Positions 50,426 through 61,233 of a DNA stretch of 64,000 bases are shown here, piece after piece. Within the stretch, counting starts at the first letter, position 1; each line of letters starts with the position of its first letter. The translations under genes and the position numbers were made by a program. Under the pieces are notes generated by a model. The model ran no database searches and was not told the origin of the DNA. It saw only the letters and a list, made by a program, of their open reading frames with translations. The DNA is from Candidatus Eiseniibacteriota bacterium (GTDB lineage Bacteria > Eisenbacteria > RBG-16-71-46 > JABDJR01), in contig CAWANH010000029.1 of the NCBI GenBank assembly GCA_963783375.1, positions 1,504,001 to 1,568,000 on the forward strand, given 5' to 3'.

Positions 50426-51130
50426 TTAATCCTCCGGGACCGCCCCGGGGTCGGGGAACCGGGTGAGAACCTCACCCAGCCAATTGCCGACATCCTGGAT
50501 CTCCTCGGCGTCGACCTGGTGCTCCATGGGGTAGCTCCTCCAGACGGCATCGTACCCCAGCTCCACCAATCGCTGGTGGGCGGCCTTCCCCCGTTCCATC
50601 GGCACCATCGGGTCGAAGGTGCCGTGGCCCTGGAACACCGGCGTGGCGCGGTTCGCCTCCGAGGCCTCGGCGCCGAGGGTATCCTCCCCCACCAGGTAGG
50701 TGGAGAGGGCCAGGATCCCGGCCAGGGTCTTGGGGTAGCGGAGCCCCAGGTAGAGCGCGATCGCTCCGCCCTGGGAGAACCCGGCCAGTACGATCCGCTC
50801 CGGCGGCACGCCGCGCGCCTCTTCCCGCTCGAGGAGCAGGCGGACCGCGGCGACCGAACGCTCCACCCCGGCCTGATCGGGCTCGCGGCGGAGATCCGGA
50901 GTCCGGATGTCGTACCAGGCCGGCATGACCATGCCCATGTTGAGCGTCACCGGGATCCGCGGGGCGTGGGGAAAGACGAACCGGACGCCCAGCGCCGGGT
51001 CGAGCCCGAGATAGGGCACAATCGGCTCGAAGTCGTGGCCGTCGGCCCCGAGGCCGTGAAGCCAGATCACGCTCCGCGCCGCCGGGGCCTCCGGCTCGAT
51101 CTCGACACAGGCAAGCGTGTCCCGTTCCAT
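50426..51130 (-). CDS. Carboxylesterase/phospholipase (alpha/beta hydrolase)
   Basis: WLHGLGADG, PAWYDI, GFSQGG, HGTFDPMV and MEH. Confidence 0.92.
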   Translation of the reverse strand: MERDTLACVEIEPEAPAARSVIWLHGLGADGHDFEPIVPYLGLDPALGVRFVFPHAPRIPVTLNMGMVMPAWYDIRTPDLRREPDQAGVERSVAAVRLLLEREEARGVPPERIVLAGFSQGGAIALYLGLRYPKTLAGILALSTYLVGEDTLGAEASEANRATPVFQGHGTFDPMVPMERGKAAHQRLVELGYDAVWRSYPMEHQVDAEEIQDVGNWLGEVLTRFPDPGAVPED

Positions 51131-51372
51131 GATCCTCCCTCGAAGAATTCCCGTCGCCCGCGACCCGATCGCGACCCGCGGGAAGCGCGGCCGCCTGAAT
51201 CGCCCGAGCCGGGGACGGAGACGATACAGGAACGAGCCGTAAAGCCGCCACTTCGGGCTCCGCGGAAGGAACGGACCCGCCCCGCGGGCCGCGAATAGCC
51301 GGGCCCCGGTCGATCCCACCGGATCGGCGCTTCGACGACCTGCCATGGCCCGGAATCCGATATGCTTCCCGG

Positions 51373-52065
51373 ATGCTCGCGGGGAACATGCCCCCGGAAC
51401 GCTGGACGCTCCAGGGGATCGTCGATCATATGGCCGATGCCTTGCGAGGCCCCCTGCCGGGGCCCCGGGCCCAGATGCTCATGGCCCCCAACCCGCGCCC
51501 CGCGCTCTCCCCTCCCGCGACTCCCACCCGGGGCCGCCCCGCCGCCGCCCTCCTCCTCCTCTACCCGGTAACCCAGGCGGTGCACGTGCTCCTCACCGTC
51601 CGGAGCCGCGACCTCCCCAACCATCGCGGCCAGATCTCCCTCCCGGGAGGGCTGGTGGAGGAGAACGAGAGCCTCCGAACCGCCGCGCTCCGCGAAGCCC
51701 GGGAAGAGGTCGGTCTCACCCCGGAGCTGGTGAATATCCTGGGATCGCTGTCCGCGGTGTTCATCCCGGTCAGCGGCTTCATCCTCCATCCCTTCGTGGG
51801 CACCGTGCGCGAACTGCCGAAGCTCCGTCCCAACCCCGGGGAGGTGGAGCGGGTGCTCGAGGTTCCCCTCACCGACCTCGCCGATCCCGCGCGGCTCCAC
51901 GTCGAGCAGCGGGCGCTGGCCGGGCGCGAGGCCCGGATCCCCTACTTCGATGTCGAGGGCGAGAAGCTCTGGGGGGCGACCGCCATGATCCTGGCCGAGC
52001 TCTTGTGGATCCTCGGCGCCCCCCCGCGCCCCCCGGGTAGCCCCTACGACCCGGGAACTCCTTGA
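51373..52065 (+). CDS. Nudix CoA pyrophosphatase
   Basis: LLTVRS.DL..HRGQISLPGG, Nudix box ALREAREEVG, and LWGATA. Start uncertain. Confidence 0.88.
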   Translation: MLAGNMPPERWTLQGIVDHMADALRGPLPGPRAQMLMAPNPRPALSPPATPTRGRPAAALLLLYPVTQAVHVLLTVRSRDLPNHRGQISLPGGLVEENESLRTAALREAREEVGLTPELVNILGSLSAVFIPVSGFILHPFVGTVRELPKLRPNPGEVERVLEVPLTDLADPARLHVEQRALAGREARIPYFDVEGEKLWGATAMILAELLWILGAPPRPPGSPYDPGTP

Positions 52066-52353
52066 CGATTCGAGCCCCCCTGCGGAGCCCCGCCCCACCC
52101 GAAGGGTGAAAGAGAGTTGCCTTCACCGGCTGGATTCAAGTTCAAAGCGACCGATTCGTGGTGAGGTCCCATGGCAGCCGCGGGGATGAAGCGTCCAATA
52201 GACGGACAAGTTCAGTCGTTGTTGGGGGGCCGGCCGGTCGGATTGGCTCCAAGGGGGGGTATCGGGCTTCCGGATGGCCCGGAATTGTGAAAGGGTGTTA
52301 CCCCATCCGGGAGGACTCGCGCTCAAACCTCAATGACTCGTGAGAGACTCATT
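52063..52353 (+). ncRNA. Structured RNA resembling group IIB intron domains I-II (no RT, no DV/DVI)
   Basis: Several helices: 52069-75 with 52321-27, 52155-62 with 52177-84, 52270-77 with 52303-10, and a GUGA-capped hairpin at 52332-53. Motifs GGGATGAAGCGTCCAATAGAC and TGAAAGGGT match my recollection of IIB domain I. Confidence 0.55.
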
Positions 52354-53026
52354 CGATCCGGGTCACGGCCGCATCCCGTCTGACCGGCCCAAAGAAGGCA
52401 AGCCGGAAGCCCACCCACCCGAGAGCAAGCCCGGCTCCAAATAAGACCCAGGGAAAGTCCCCGTGCATGCCGGTGGTGCGGGCCGGGCCCTGGTTGGCGA
52501 GGAAGGATCCGAGAAGGAGCGCCAGCGACGCCAGGGCGACCAGCCAGACCCACCGGTTGGTCCGTGGCGCGCGCCCCCGGCTCACCCGGACGATCATCCA
52601 CGCCCCCGCCACGACCAGGGACGCGGCAACGAGGGCCGCTGAAAGAACCGGCCCGGTCCACGGCGCCGGAAGCAGGAATAGGATGTCCCAGGTGAGGAGC
52701 GACGGCGGCCAGCCCACGGCGAGCCGGAGCACGATGTAGAAGACAAGGTCCCAGACCCCGAAGAGGAACGCGAAGGCCCCGAAGCGGGCCCAGGGCTTGC
52801 GTTCGGCGAGGACCGCGACCGCGAGGAGCATGACCAGGGTCGCCGCCTCGCGAACCAGCTCGAGATCGAGAAGCGGGACGGCGGGGAGAGCGAGCGGAAA
52901 GCCGAACCCTTCGGGGTAGTAGTTCCGGCGGAGGTAAACCACCACCGCACCCTCGACGATGCCGAACGCGGCGCCGAAGAGGGTCAGCCAGACGAGCCGC
53001 TTCCCGGTTTTGAGGGATTCGGACAT
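52349..53026 (-). CDS. Conserved hypothetical membrane protein
   Basis: About 6 TM helices; VVYLR..YYP.GF.FPL, ELVREAATLVML and WDILFLLP.PW.GPV. Confidence 0.8.
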   Translation of the reverse strand: MSESLKTGKRLVWLTLFGAAFGIVEGAVVVYLRRNYYPEGFGFPLALPAVPLLDLELVREAATLVMLLAVAVLAERKPWARFGAFAFLFGVWDLVFYIVLRLAVGWPPSLLTWDILFLLPAPWTGPVLSAALVAASLVVAGAWMIVRVSRGRAPRTNRWVWLVALASLALLLGSFLANQGPARTTGMHGDFPWVLFGAGLALGWVGFRLAFFGPVRRDAAVTRIE

Positions 53027-53084
53027 GAGTTCCTCTCCCGAACTTCCCCCTCGCCGGCCCGACGCGACCCGGCCCCCGGCCGGG

Positions 53085-56000
53085 TTACCGCACCCGCACC
53101 AGTCGCCGTGACGCGGTGAGATCGCCGGCCTGGAGCCGGTAGAAGTAGATGCCGCCGGGAAGGTCCCCGCCCACGAAACGGACCGTGTGCGGCCCGGTTT
53201 CCATCCGGCCGTCGGCCAGGGTCGCCACCTCGCGCCCCTGGAGGTCGTACACCTTGAGGGTCACCCGTTCCCGACGGGGGAGATCGAAGGAGATCACCGT
53301 CGACGCCCCGAAGGGGTTGGGCGCGGCGCGCAGGGCCCGCTCCTGCGGGCCGGCCCCCGGCTCCACCGCGGTCGTGGCGGCGAGCGGGCAGAGCACGTAC
53401 TCGCTCGCGTCCAGGTTTGCGTCCCCGTTGCCGGCCGGGACCTGGCCGGCCAGGGCTCCCGCGTCGCCGGTTCCGTACCGGGCCGCGGCCACGTAGACCC
53501 CGGCCGGGACGGTACCGAACTCCCCGGCAAGGTTCAACGTCCCCTCGAGCCAGGCTCCCGCGCTCTGGGCGCCGGCCCCGGTTTGATCGAACCATCCCGA
53601 CCAGTTGCTCGCGCTCTCGTTCCCCAGGTACGCCGACCAGGCCGCCACCTGGCCGCTCTTGGCCCAGGGCGCCGCCCCCATGGCCCCCGGCGCTCCGGCC
53701 ACGAACAGGAACACGTCGTCGGCGGTTCCCCCCGCGGCCTGGGTGGCCACGTAGAGTTCGCTTCCGTTCCACCCCAGGTAGAGATCGCGGCCGCCGTCCG
53801 ACGCCGCCAGGTCCGCTCCGGCGTCCAGCGCCCCGTCCACGATCCACGGCGCACCTCCGCCTCCTCCCCCGCTCATCGTCACCACGTAATCCGATCCGCC
53901 GTGGTTGTCCCAGGTGTCGTCGTCGTAGTGGATCACGAACTCCACGGTCTGAACGGCCTGCGCCGGATCGTTGAACGGTCCCAGGGTGAGGACGAGATCC
54001 CCGTTCGAGGCGGTCGTCGGGGTCTCCACCGCCGGTCCCGTCCCCTGCCAGAGCACGGTTCCGGCCGGGCGATAGGCGGGGATCGGAAGCGCCCACCCGT
54101 TCACCCCCCAGTGGAGGCTCGCCCCGAGGCTCGACCCGGCCACGGTGACGGTGATGAAGTCGTCGGGGGTGGGGTCGGTGGGGGTCCAGCTCACCCCCGT
54201 CCCGCCGCCGCCCCCGGTTCCCGAGGCCCCGACCCACACGTGGCGGATCGGGGAACGGCTCACGTTTCCATTCCCGTCCACCGCCTCGACGTAGTAGTCG
54301 AGGAGGGTGTCCGCGGCCCCGGCCACCGTGGCCGCGTATCGCTCGGCCCGGAAGAGCGGCAGGGGATCGCTCCGCGAGGCCATGTCGCTCGCGGTCATGG
54401 GGAGCGACGACCAGGCCGTCACCCCCGGGCCGCCGGCGTAGGTGTCGTTGTCGGCGCCGGCGGGCGGGATCGCGCCGTCCCTGTCCCCACGGAGTTTCAG
54501 GGTCACCGAGGCGAGACCGCTCACGTCGAAGGCGTAGGTCCACACCTCGAAGTCCGACGGCTGGGCGATCCCCCACTCGGTCCCCCCGGGGTTGTAGGGC
54601 TCGCGCTGGGGCAGAAAAATGGTCGGCCCGGTGAGATCCGCGCCCCCCGCGATCACCGCCTGGGCGTAGGGAACGGCCTGGTTCGCCGCCCGGGTGGGAT
54701 GGGAGTCCCAGATCCCGTTCTGGGAACCGTCCCAGTACCAGTAGTCGCTGGCCTCGGCGTTCAGGAGATATTTCCAGGCATTGGCGGTGTTGGCCGAGGC
54801 GGGGTCGATCCGGTCCGCGGTCCGGACCAGGTTCCCGGCCGCGGTCACCACCGCCCAGGAGTTCCGGTCCGGGCTGTAGCCGTCGGCGGCGGGATCCCCC
54901 AGCCACTTCTTGAACTCGGGATCGCCGTTGTCGGCCCCGCTCCAGCTCCCGTCCTCCACGTGAATGACGTCGTTCGGGTCGGGGGGAAACTGATCGAGGT
55001 AGTCCTGCACCGTGGTGCAGACGAACCGGGTGGGGTTGGCCTGGAGCCAGTCCACGAAGGCCTGGAAATTGGACCCGTAGTAGCTGTCGGTGCCGCCCCC
55101 GTAGTTGTCGCCGTCGTGGTGGAGCACCACCAGGAGCGGGTGGGCGGGGTCGTGTTATGGGTTCGAGCTGGCTCATCACCGCGTCGTACTGGAGGGCGCC
55201 GAACCCGCCCCGGGCGTCCTCGTTCCCCATGTAGCGGTCGGCGGGGACGGCGACGATGCTCGAGACCGCCCCGGTGGCCGGATCGGTGTACTCCACGACG
55301 TGCGGCCGGTGCCCCCATCCTCCCGAGACCTTGGTGGGGGCCCAGAGGCCGTTCAGCTGAACCCAGTCCCCGGGATCGGGGTTCCGGGCGTCGGCGCGGT
55401 TGGGTTCCACGATGTTGCCGCCGGTGTTGTAGGGATAGTCGGCGGCGGCCCGGTCGAAGTGGATGTTGTCCACCAGCGCCCACTCGATCCCCTCGGCGGC
55501 CAGGGCGGGCGCCATGCGCGGGGAAAACGCGTTCTCGGGCGGGAAGATCCCCCGGGAGTAGCTTCCCCCGAAGTTGGCCAGGGTGGCGGCGCGGTGGGCC
55601 TCGATCTGCTTCTCGATGTCGAAGGTGTCGAGGAGCCCCATCAGAGGGTGGTGGTAGCCGAAGCCCACCATGTCGACCCGCGGGTTCCCGAGGCTCGTGG
55701 TCTGGCCCTTGATCCAGCTCCAGTTCCCCTTCCAGCCGGAGAAGTTGCCGTCACCGTTCGCTTCGAGCGCGTTCAGGTTCTCCATCAGGGATCCGGAGAA
55801 GCTCACCTGGGCCCCGAAGTGGGGCATGCCCGCGGCCATGCCCTTCACCACCGCGTCCTTGGGCCAGGTGGTGTAGGGACCGGTCCGCTGATCGTGGATG
55901 CCGGTGACCGAGTAGTCGTAACGGTGGTTGGCGTCGGTCTCGACCACCGACTCGTAGGGCCAGTAGATGGGCTGGTGCATGTGCCAGAGAAAGGCGATGT

Positions 56001-56097
56001 AGATCGGGGGATCGACGGTCTCCCCCGCCCGCGCGGGAGCGATGACGGCGAGGATCGAGATGCAGAGCGCGGCGGCCAGACGGCGCGAGGTGGTCAT
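53085..56097 (-). CDS. GH57-like glycoside hydrolase with carbohydrate-binding-type domains and a T9SS-type C-terminal domain (frameshift at ~55150)
   Basis: WHMHQP, FPPENAF (nucleophile), HHDGDN (acid/base), ASDYWYW and LHWGVNGW. C-terminal PNPF...[10 protein letters not shown]...GG.YFYRL. Two added bases restore QLEPxNTDPAHPLL. Confidence 0.8.
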
Positions 56098-56409
56098 GGT
56101 GTCCTCGGTGGCGAACGCCCCCCGGAGCGCCCCCGGGGAGCCTCGGTGGACCGGTCCAAGCCCAAGGGGCGCAAGGCCCCGGACCGCCCGATTATACCGC
56201 GTCCGGGTGACCGGCGTTCCCGCCGCTTTCCGGCGGCGACGAAGCGAACCGGAACGGCTCCGCTTCGGGGGAAGGCGCCCGGCCGGGCGCGGCGGCTCCC
56301 CCTTCCCTCTTGGCCACATCCCCGGCGTCCCTTAGGATGCCCCGCGTGCATCCGGCCGCCCGGCGAGGGCGCGCTCGGGCCGATCCCGCCACCTGAAGGA
56401 GGGCGCGTC

Positions 56410-57771
56410 GTGTTCACCCGGCTCACCGAGACCCTCTCCGCCGCCTCCAGCTTCATCTGGGGACCCTGGCTCCTCATCCCCCTGCTACTCCTCACCGGGC
56501 TCTACCTGACCCTCCGGCTTCGCGGCATCCAGTTCACCAGGCTCTGGCACGCCCTCTACCTGGGGCTCATCGTGCGGAAGGAGAAGGGGGCGGAGGGGGA
56601 CATCTCCCACTTCCAGGCCCTCATGACCGCCCTGGCCGCCACGGTGGGGACCGGGAACATCGTGGGGGTGGCCACCGCCATCGCGGCGGGAGGCCCGGGC
56701 GCGCTCTTCTGGATGTGGATGACCGGCCTGGTGGGGATGGCCACCAAGTACTCCGAGGCGTTCCTGTCCGTCCGCTTCCGCACCGTGGACCGCCGGGGCG
56801 AGCAGGCCGGCGGACCGATGTACTACCTGACCGAGGGGATCCGCTGGCGCTGGCTGGGCCGGCCCCTCGGGTTCCTCTTCGCGCTGTTCGCCGCCTTCGC
56901 CGCGTTCGGGATCGGGAACATGGTGCAGTCGAACTCGGTGGCCTCCGCCCTGCAGCACTCCTTCGGCATCCCGATGTGGATCACCGGGGTGGCGCTGGCG
57001 GTGGGGGTCGGGGCGGTGATCCTGGGCGGGATCAAGTCCATCGGCCGGTTCACCGGGATCTTCGTCCCGGTGATGATCGTGCTCTACATGGCCGGCTCGG
57101 GGGTGGCGCTGATCCTCCACGCCGCGGCCATCCCCCACGCCTTCGCGGTCATCTTCCACGACGCGTTCTCCCCCACCGCGGCGGCGGGCGGGTTCCTGGG
57201 CGCCACCGTGGCCCAGGGGATCCGCTTCGGGGTGGCCCGGGGCATCTTCTCCAACGAGTCCGGCCTCGGCTCGGCGGGGATCGCCGCCGCCGCCGCCCAG
57301 ACCCGGAACCCCACCACCCAGGCCCTGGTCTCCATGACCCAGACCTTCATCGACACCATCGTGGTGTGCACCTTCACCGGCCTCACCATCGTGGCCACCG
57401 GTGCGTGGACGCAAGGGCTGGACGGGGCCAACCTCACCCAGGCCGCCTTTCGCGAGGGGCTCCCCGGCAACTGGGGCGGCTGGCTGGTGGCGGTCGGGCT
57501 CGCCACCTTCGCCTACTCCACCATCCTCGGCTGGAGCTACTACGGCGAGAAGAGCATCGAGTACCTCCTGGGGACCTGGACGATCATGCCCTACCGGGTG
57601 CTCTTCGTGATCGCGGCCTTCGTGGGCACGGTGCGGAGCCTCGAGTTCGTGTGGACCCTCTCCGACGTCATGAACGGACTCATGGCGCTCCCGAACCTGA
57701 TCGGATTGCTCCTCTTGAGCGGCCTGGTGGCGCGGGAGACGTGGGCGCACCTCCGAAACTCCGAGGGTTGA
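56410..57771 (+). CDS. Alanine/glycine:cation symporter (AgcS family)
   Basis: [26 protein letters not shown] and [15 protein letters not shown] start with GAAGGAGG RBS. Confidence 0.93.
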   Translation: MFTRLTETLSAASSFIWGPWLLIPLLLLTGLYLTLRLRGIQFTRLWHALYLGLIVRKEKGAEGDISHFQALMTALAATVGTGNIVGVATAIAAGGPGALFWMWMTGLVGMATKYSEAFLSVRFRTVDRRGEQAGGPMYYLTEGIRWRWLGRPLGFLFALFAAFAAFGIGNMVQSNSVASALQHSFGIPMWITGVALAVGVGAVILGGIKSIGRFTGIFVPVMIVLYMAGSGVALILHAAAIPHAFAVIFHDAFSPTAAAGGFLGATVAQGIRFGVARGIFSNESGLGSAGIAAAAAQTRNPTTQALVSMTQTFIDTIVVCTFTGLTIVATGAWTQGLDGANLTQAAFREGLPGNWGGWLVAVGLATFAYSTILGWSYYGEKSIEYLLGTWTIMPYRVLFVIAAFVGTVRSLEFVWTLSDVMNGLMALPNLIGLLLLSGLVARETWAHLRNSEG

Positions 57772-57863
57772 TCCCGATCCCGGAAGCGACGTGAACAAAA
57801 CGCCGCCTCGCGCGTTCCTGATGTAGACGGGCGGCGGAAACCCCGCCGGCCCGCCCGGGTGCG

Positions 57864-58706
57864 TCAACCCGCCGGCGGACCCCCGCCCATCCCGGTCGCG
57901 GAGAGCACCGAGCCCAGGAACTCGCGAAGCCGGGGACTCTTCGGCCGGTCCAGAACCTCTTCGGGGGTCCCCGATTCCACCATCCTCCCCCCGTCCAGGA
58001 AGCAGATCCGGTGGGCGACCCGGCGGGCGAAATAGAGATCGTGGGTCACCACCACCATGGTCATGCCCCCCTCGGCGAGTCCGGTGAGGAGATCGTTGAT
58101 CCCCGCGATCATCTCCACATCCAGGGCGCTGGTCACCTCGTCCAGGAGCAACACCTCGGGCTCCATGGCCAGGGCGCGGGCGATGGCCACCCGCTGTTTC
58201 TGGCCGCCGGAGAGCCGGGAGGGCCAGGCGTCGGCTTTCTCGGTCAGGCCCACCTGCTCCAGGAGCGCGCGCCCGCGTTCGATCGCCGCGCTCCGCTTTT
58301 CCCCCCGCACCTGCACCGGACCCTCGATCACGTTCTCCAGGGCGTTCCGGTGGGGAAAGAGGTGGAAGTGCTGGAACACCATCCCCATCCGGGTCCGATG
58401 GCGCGAGAGCGCGGCGGGATTCATCCGGCGGTAGTCCACCGGCTCCCCCTTCCAGCGGATGGCGCCCGCGTCGGGAAGCTCGAGGAGGTTCAGGCACCGG
58501 AGCAGCGTGCTCTTCCCCGAGCCCGACGCACCGATCAGCGCCACCACCTCGTGGCCGCGGACCTCGAAATCGACCCCGGAGAGGACCTGGAGCGTCCCGA
58601 ACCGTTTCTCGAGGCCTCGGACCTCGATCTCCACCGTCCGGTCCGGTGGCGCGCCGGCCGGGGCGGCGGCGGGAGGCCCCCCGGGGACGCGCGCTTTCCG
58701 GCTCAC
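57864..58706 (-). CDS. Polar amino acid ABC transporter ATP-binding protein (GlnQ/EhuA-like)
   Basis: GASGSGKS, VFQHFHLFPH, LSGGQKQRVAIARAL and DEVTSALD. GTGA overlap with the permease. Confidence 0.92.
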   Translation of the reverse strand: MSRKARVPGGPPAAAPAGAPPDRTVEIEVRGLEKRFGTLQVLSGVDFEVRGHEVVALIGASGSGKSTLLRCLNLLELPDAGAIRWKGEPVDYRRMNPAALSRHRTRMGMVFQHFHLFPHRNALENVIEGPVQVRGEKRSAAIERGRALLEQVGLTEKADAWPSRLSGGQKQRVAIARALAMEPEVLLLDEVTSALDVEMIAGINDLLTGLAEGGMTMVVVTHDLYFARRVAHRICFLDGGRMVESGTPEEVLDRPKSPRLREFLGSVLSATGMGGGPPAG

Positions 58707-60292
58707 AGGCTCTTCCCCACCGATTGCCGGGACCGTCCCAGGCGCCGTTCCCAGGTGTTCACCCCCAGGGTGAGGGCGGAGATGATGGCCAGGTAGAACC
58801 CCGCGGCCAGAAGAAACGGCAGGAACGCCTGCCCGGTCTGAAAGACCACGTTCCGCGCGGCGTAGGTGAGCTCGATCAGGGTGATGGCCCCCACCAGCGA
58901 CGTGTCCTTGATGAGCACCACGAGATTGTTGCCCAGGGACGGGAGGGCGTCCCGGAAGGCCTGAGGGAGCACCACCCGGCGGAGGATCTTCCCCCGCGGC
59001 ATCCCCAGGGACGCGGCGGCGTCCCACTGGCCGCGGTCCACCGCGTTGATTCCGCCCCGGAGGGTCTCCGCGTTGTAGGCCGCGGTGTTCACCACCAGAG
59101 CGATCAGCGCCGCCCCGAAGGCGCCGATCACCTCGGCTCCGGCCAACCGGTTCACCGCGGTGGCCAGGACGAAGTACGACATGAAGAGCTGAACCAGGAG
59201 CGGCGTCCCCCGCACCACCCAGACGTAGGCGTTCGCCGCCGCGGCCACCCACCCGCGGGCGGAAACGGTGCCGACCCCGACGAAGGAGCCCAGGATGAGG
59301 GCCAGCACCGCGGTGAGGAGCGAGAGCTCCAGGGTGAGAACCGCCCCGCGGGCCAGAAGCGGCAGGATACCCGAGACCCGCTCCGCGAACTCGGGTTTCT
59401 TCCCGACGGCGGCGGTCTCCCCCGGTTCCGCGGCGGGGATCTTCGCCGCAAACTCCCCCCACGAATCCAGGAGCACGGCGAGGTCGGGCGGGGCGCCCAC
59501 CCACTTCTCGTAGATCCGGTCGTAGGTCCCGTCCTGGATCATGGCGAAGAGCGCCCGGTTCACCGCGCGAACCAGCGCTCCCTCGTCCTTCCGGGCGGCG
59601 ATGCCGCAGGCCTCGTGGTAGAGGAGCGGACCGAACGGCACGATGTCCCCGGCGCTCCCCTGCTTGATGTAGAACCCGCCCACGATGCGGTCGGAGACCA
59701 ACGCGTCCACCTTGTCCGCGTTCATGGCGGCCACGATCTCCGCCTCGCTCCCGTAGTGGAGCACATCGGCGCCGGGAAACTGCTCCGGATGCTCGTTGAT
59801 CCAGCGCTCGTAGGTGGAGTCCTCGGTGACCCCGATCTTCGCCCCCCGGAGCGAGGTCACGTCGCGCCGCGCGAACACCTGCGCCCCGCTCACGTAGTAC
59901 GGGAGCGTGAAATACATGGACTCGAGCCGCTGGGGGGTGATGGCCATGGAGCCGCAGATGAGCTCGTACTTTCCGCTCTGGAGACCGGCCTGGATCCCCG
60001 CCCAGTCGGTCTGGACCAGGACGGGCTCCCGACCCAGGCGCCGCGCCACCTCCCGGGCCACGTCGGCGTCGAATCCCACCAGCCGCCCCCCGGCGTCGGT
60101 GGTGGAGAAGGGACGGAAGGAGCCGGACATGGCCAGCCGGAGCGGCGTTCCGGGATCGGGGACGTGGGCGGGTCCGGCCGCGTCCGCGCTCGGCCCGCCG
60201 GCCGCCGGTTCCGCCGGAGCCTCGGCGGTCGCCCCCCCGAGACCCCAGAGGACGGCCGCGGCCAGTAGCATCGCCCGGAGCCGGCCGGTCAC
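58703..60292 (-). CDS. Fused polar amino acid ABC substrate-binding protein and permease
   Basis: Signal peptide, family-3 SBP (LVGFDADV, SMAIT.QR) and permease (RGTPLLVQ, AAYNAETLRG, IKDTSL). GTGA overlap with ablB. Confidence 0.9.
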   Translation of the reverse strand: MTGRLRAMLLAAAVLWGLGGATAEAPAEPAAGGPSADAAGPAHVPDPGTPLRLAMSGSFRPFSTTDAGGRLVGFDADVAREVARRLGREPVLVQTDWAGIQAGLQSGKYELICGSMAITPQRLESMYFTLPYYVSGAQVFARRDVTSLRGAKIGVTEDSTYERWINEHPEQFPGADVLHYGSEAEIVAAMNADKVDALVSDRIVGGFYIKQGSAGDIVPFGPLLYHEACGIAARKDEGALVRAVNRALFAMIQDGTYDRIYEKWVGAPPDLAVLLDSWGEFAAKIPAAEPGETAAVGKKPEFAERVSGILPLLARGAVLTLELSLLTAVLALILGSFVGVGTVSARGWVAAAANAYVWVVRGTPLLVQLFMSYFVLATAVNRLAGAEVIGAFGAALIALVVNTAAYNAETLRGGINAVDRGQWDAAASLGMPRGKILRRVVLPQAFRDALPSLGNNLVVLIKDTSLVGAITLIELTYAARNVVFQTGQAFLPFLLAAGFYLAIISALTLGVNTWERRLGRSRQSVGKSL

Positions 60293-61233
60293 GCCTCGTC
60301 CGCCGTCTTTGCCGTCCGGCACCAGACGTTCATCGACTCCCAACCGTTGGGCATCCGGCAGTTGTTAACCAGCCGCCCGGTGTAGTCGTAGCCGAGCTTG
60401 GCGAAGGCGCAGTTCATCCCGACCTCGTCCGCCCGGGCCAGGGTGTAGAGGTCGATGATCCCCTCCTCGCGGGCCAGATCCTGTTCCAGGGCGCGGAGGA
60501 TCCACACCATGAGCCCGCGACCCCGCTCCGATGGCCGCGTCGCGCAATCGGTCATCTCCGCGTTTAGCCGGGCGCGATCGATCTCCGCCGAAGCCACCGC
60601 AGCCATCCGTCCCGACCCGTCCCGCACCCACCGGAACCGGTTGGAGCCGCTCTCGATCAGCCGGGCCAGGTGATCCGGCGCGAGGGAGGTGGGGTAGTCC
60701 GGAAAGACCGATCCCATGAGGGCGGCGATCTCGGCGGCGTCTCCGGGACGCGCCGGCTCGGAGCGATAGCCTTCGGGGAGACGGGGCGTCGCCGGTTCCT
60801 TGGAGCGGGCCACGTCCACCGCGCGCCGGTGCTCGTCCGCCCGAGGCTCCTCCGCCCGCGCCGGGTCGGTGTAGCGGGCCCAGAGAACCGCGTCCGCGCC
60901 GTCGGGAAAGTAGCCCCGGATGGTCCCCTCCTCGCGCCAGCCGGCTTGGATCCACAGGTCGCCGCTCCCCGGGCGGGCGTAGGCGGTGACCTTGGTGAAA
61001 CGCGTGGGATCCTCTCCCGCGCCGGCGATCAGCGCCTTCGGATCCAGCGCGTTCGCGTCCTCGGGGGCGAGACCGTACAGCTTGAGGCGCCGGTTACGGG
61101 GATCGAAAACCGCCTCGCGATGTCCCGAGGGGGCGTCGAAGCCCGCCTTCCACGGGGCCCCCGTCGAGGCCTCGGAGGCCGCCGCCCGACGGCCGGAGCC
61201 TGCCGCGGCAGCCTTTTCCCCGTTCCCGCTCAC
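60289..61233 (-). CDS. ablB: Putative beta-lysine N-acetyltransferase (GNAT)
   Basis: D..N.RLK, EG.I.GYF, VF..YP, AEMTDCAT.P..RGRG, YTLARA...GMN, G.LVNN and ESMNVW. Directly downstream of kamA. Confidence 0.85.
   Translation of the reverse strand: MSGNGEKAAAAGSGRRAAASEASTGAPWKAGFDAPSGHREAVFDPRNRRLKLYGLAPEDANALDPKALIAGAGEDPTRFTKVTAYARPGSGDLWIQAGWREEGTIRGYFPDGADAVLWARYTDPARAEEPRADEHRRAVDVARSKEPATPRLPEGYRSEPARPGDAAEIAALMGSVFPDYPTSLAPDHLARLIESGSNRFRWVRDGSGRMAAVASAEIDRARLNAEMTDCATRPSERGRGLMVWILRALEQDLAREEGIIDLYTLARADEVGMNCAFAKLGYDYTGRLVNNCRMPNGWESMNVWCRTAKTADEA

Noticed and set aside
52063-52353. Element as 6S RNA, tmRNA, SRP RNA, RNase P RNA or a riboswitch
   Set aside because: It lacks their hallmark motifs, and it lies between two gene ends rather than in a 5' leader.
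52984-55150. C-terminal part of the 1111-aa ORF
   Set aside because: Out-of-frame read-through; the real continuation is the 53085-55130 frame.
2170-55165. Frameshifts at ~2180, ~7780, ~30152 and ~55150 as programmed frameshifting or phase variation
   Set aside because: They are 1-nt indels in short G/C runs in unrelated genes with intact catalytic motifs, and I see no slippery heptamer with a downstream structure. Sequencing or assembly error is more likely; read mapping would decide.
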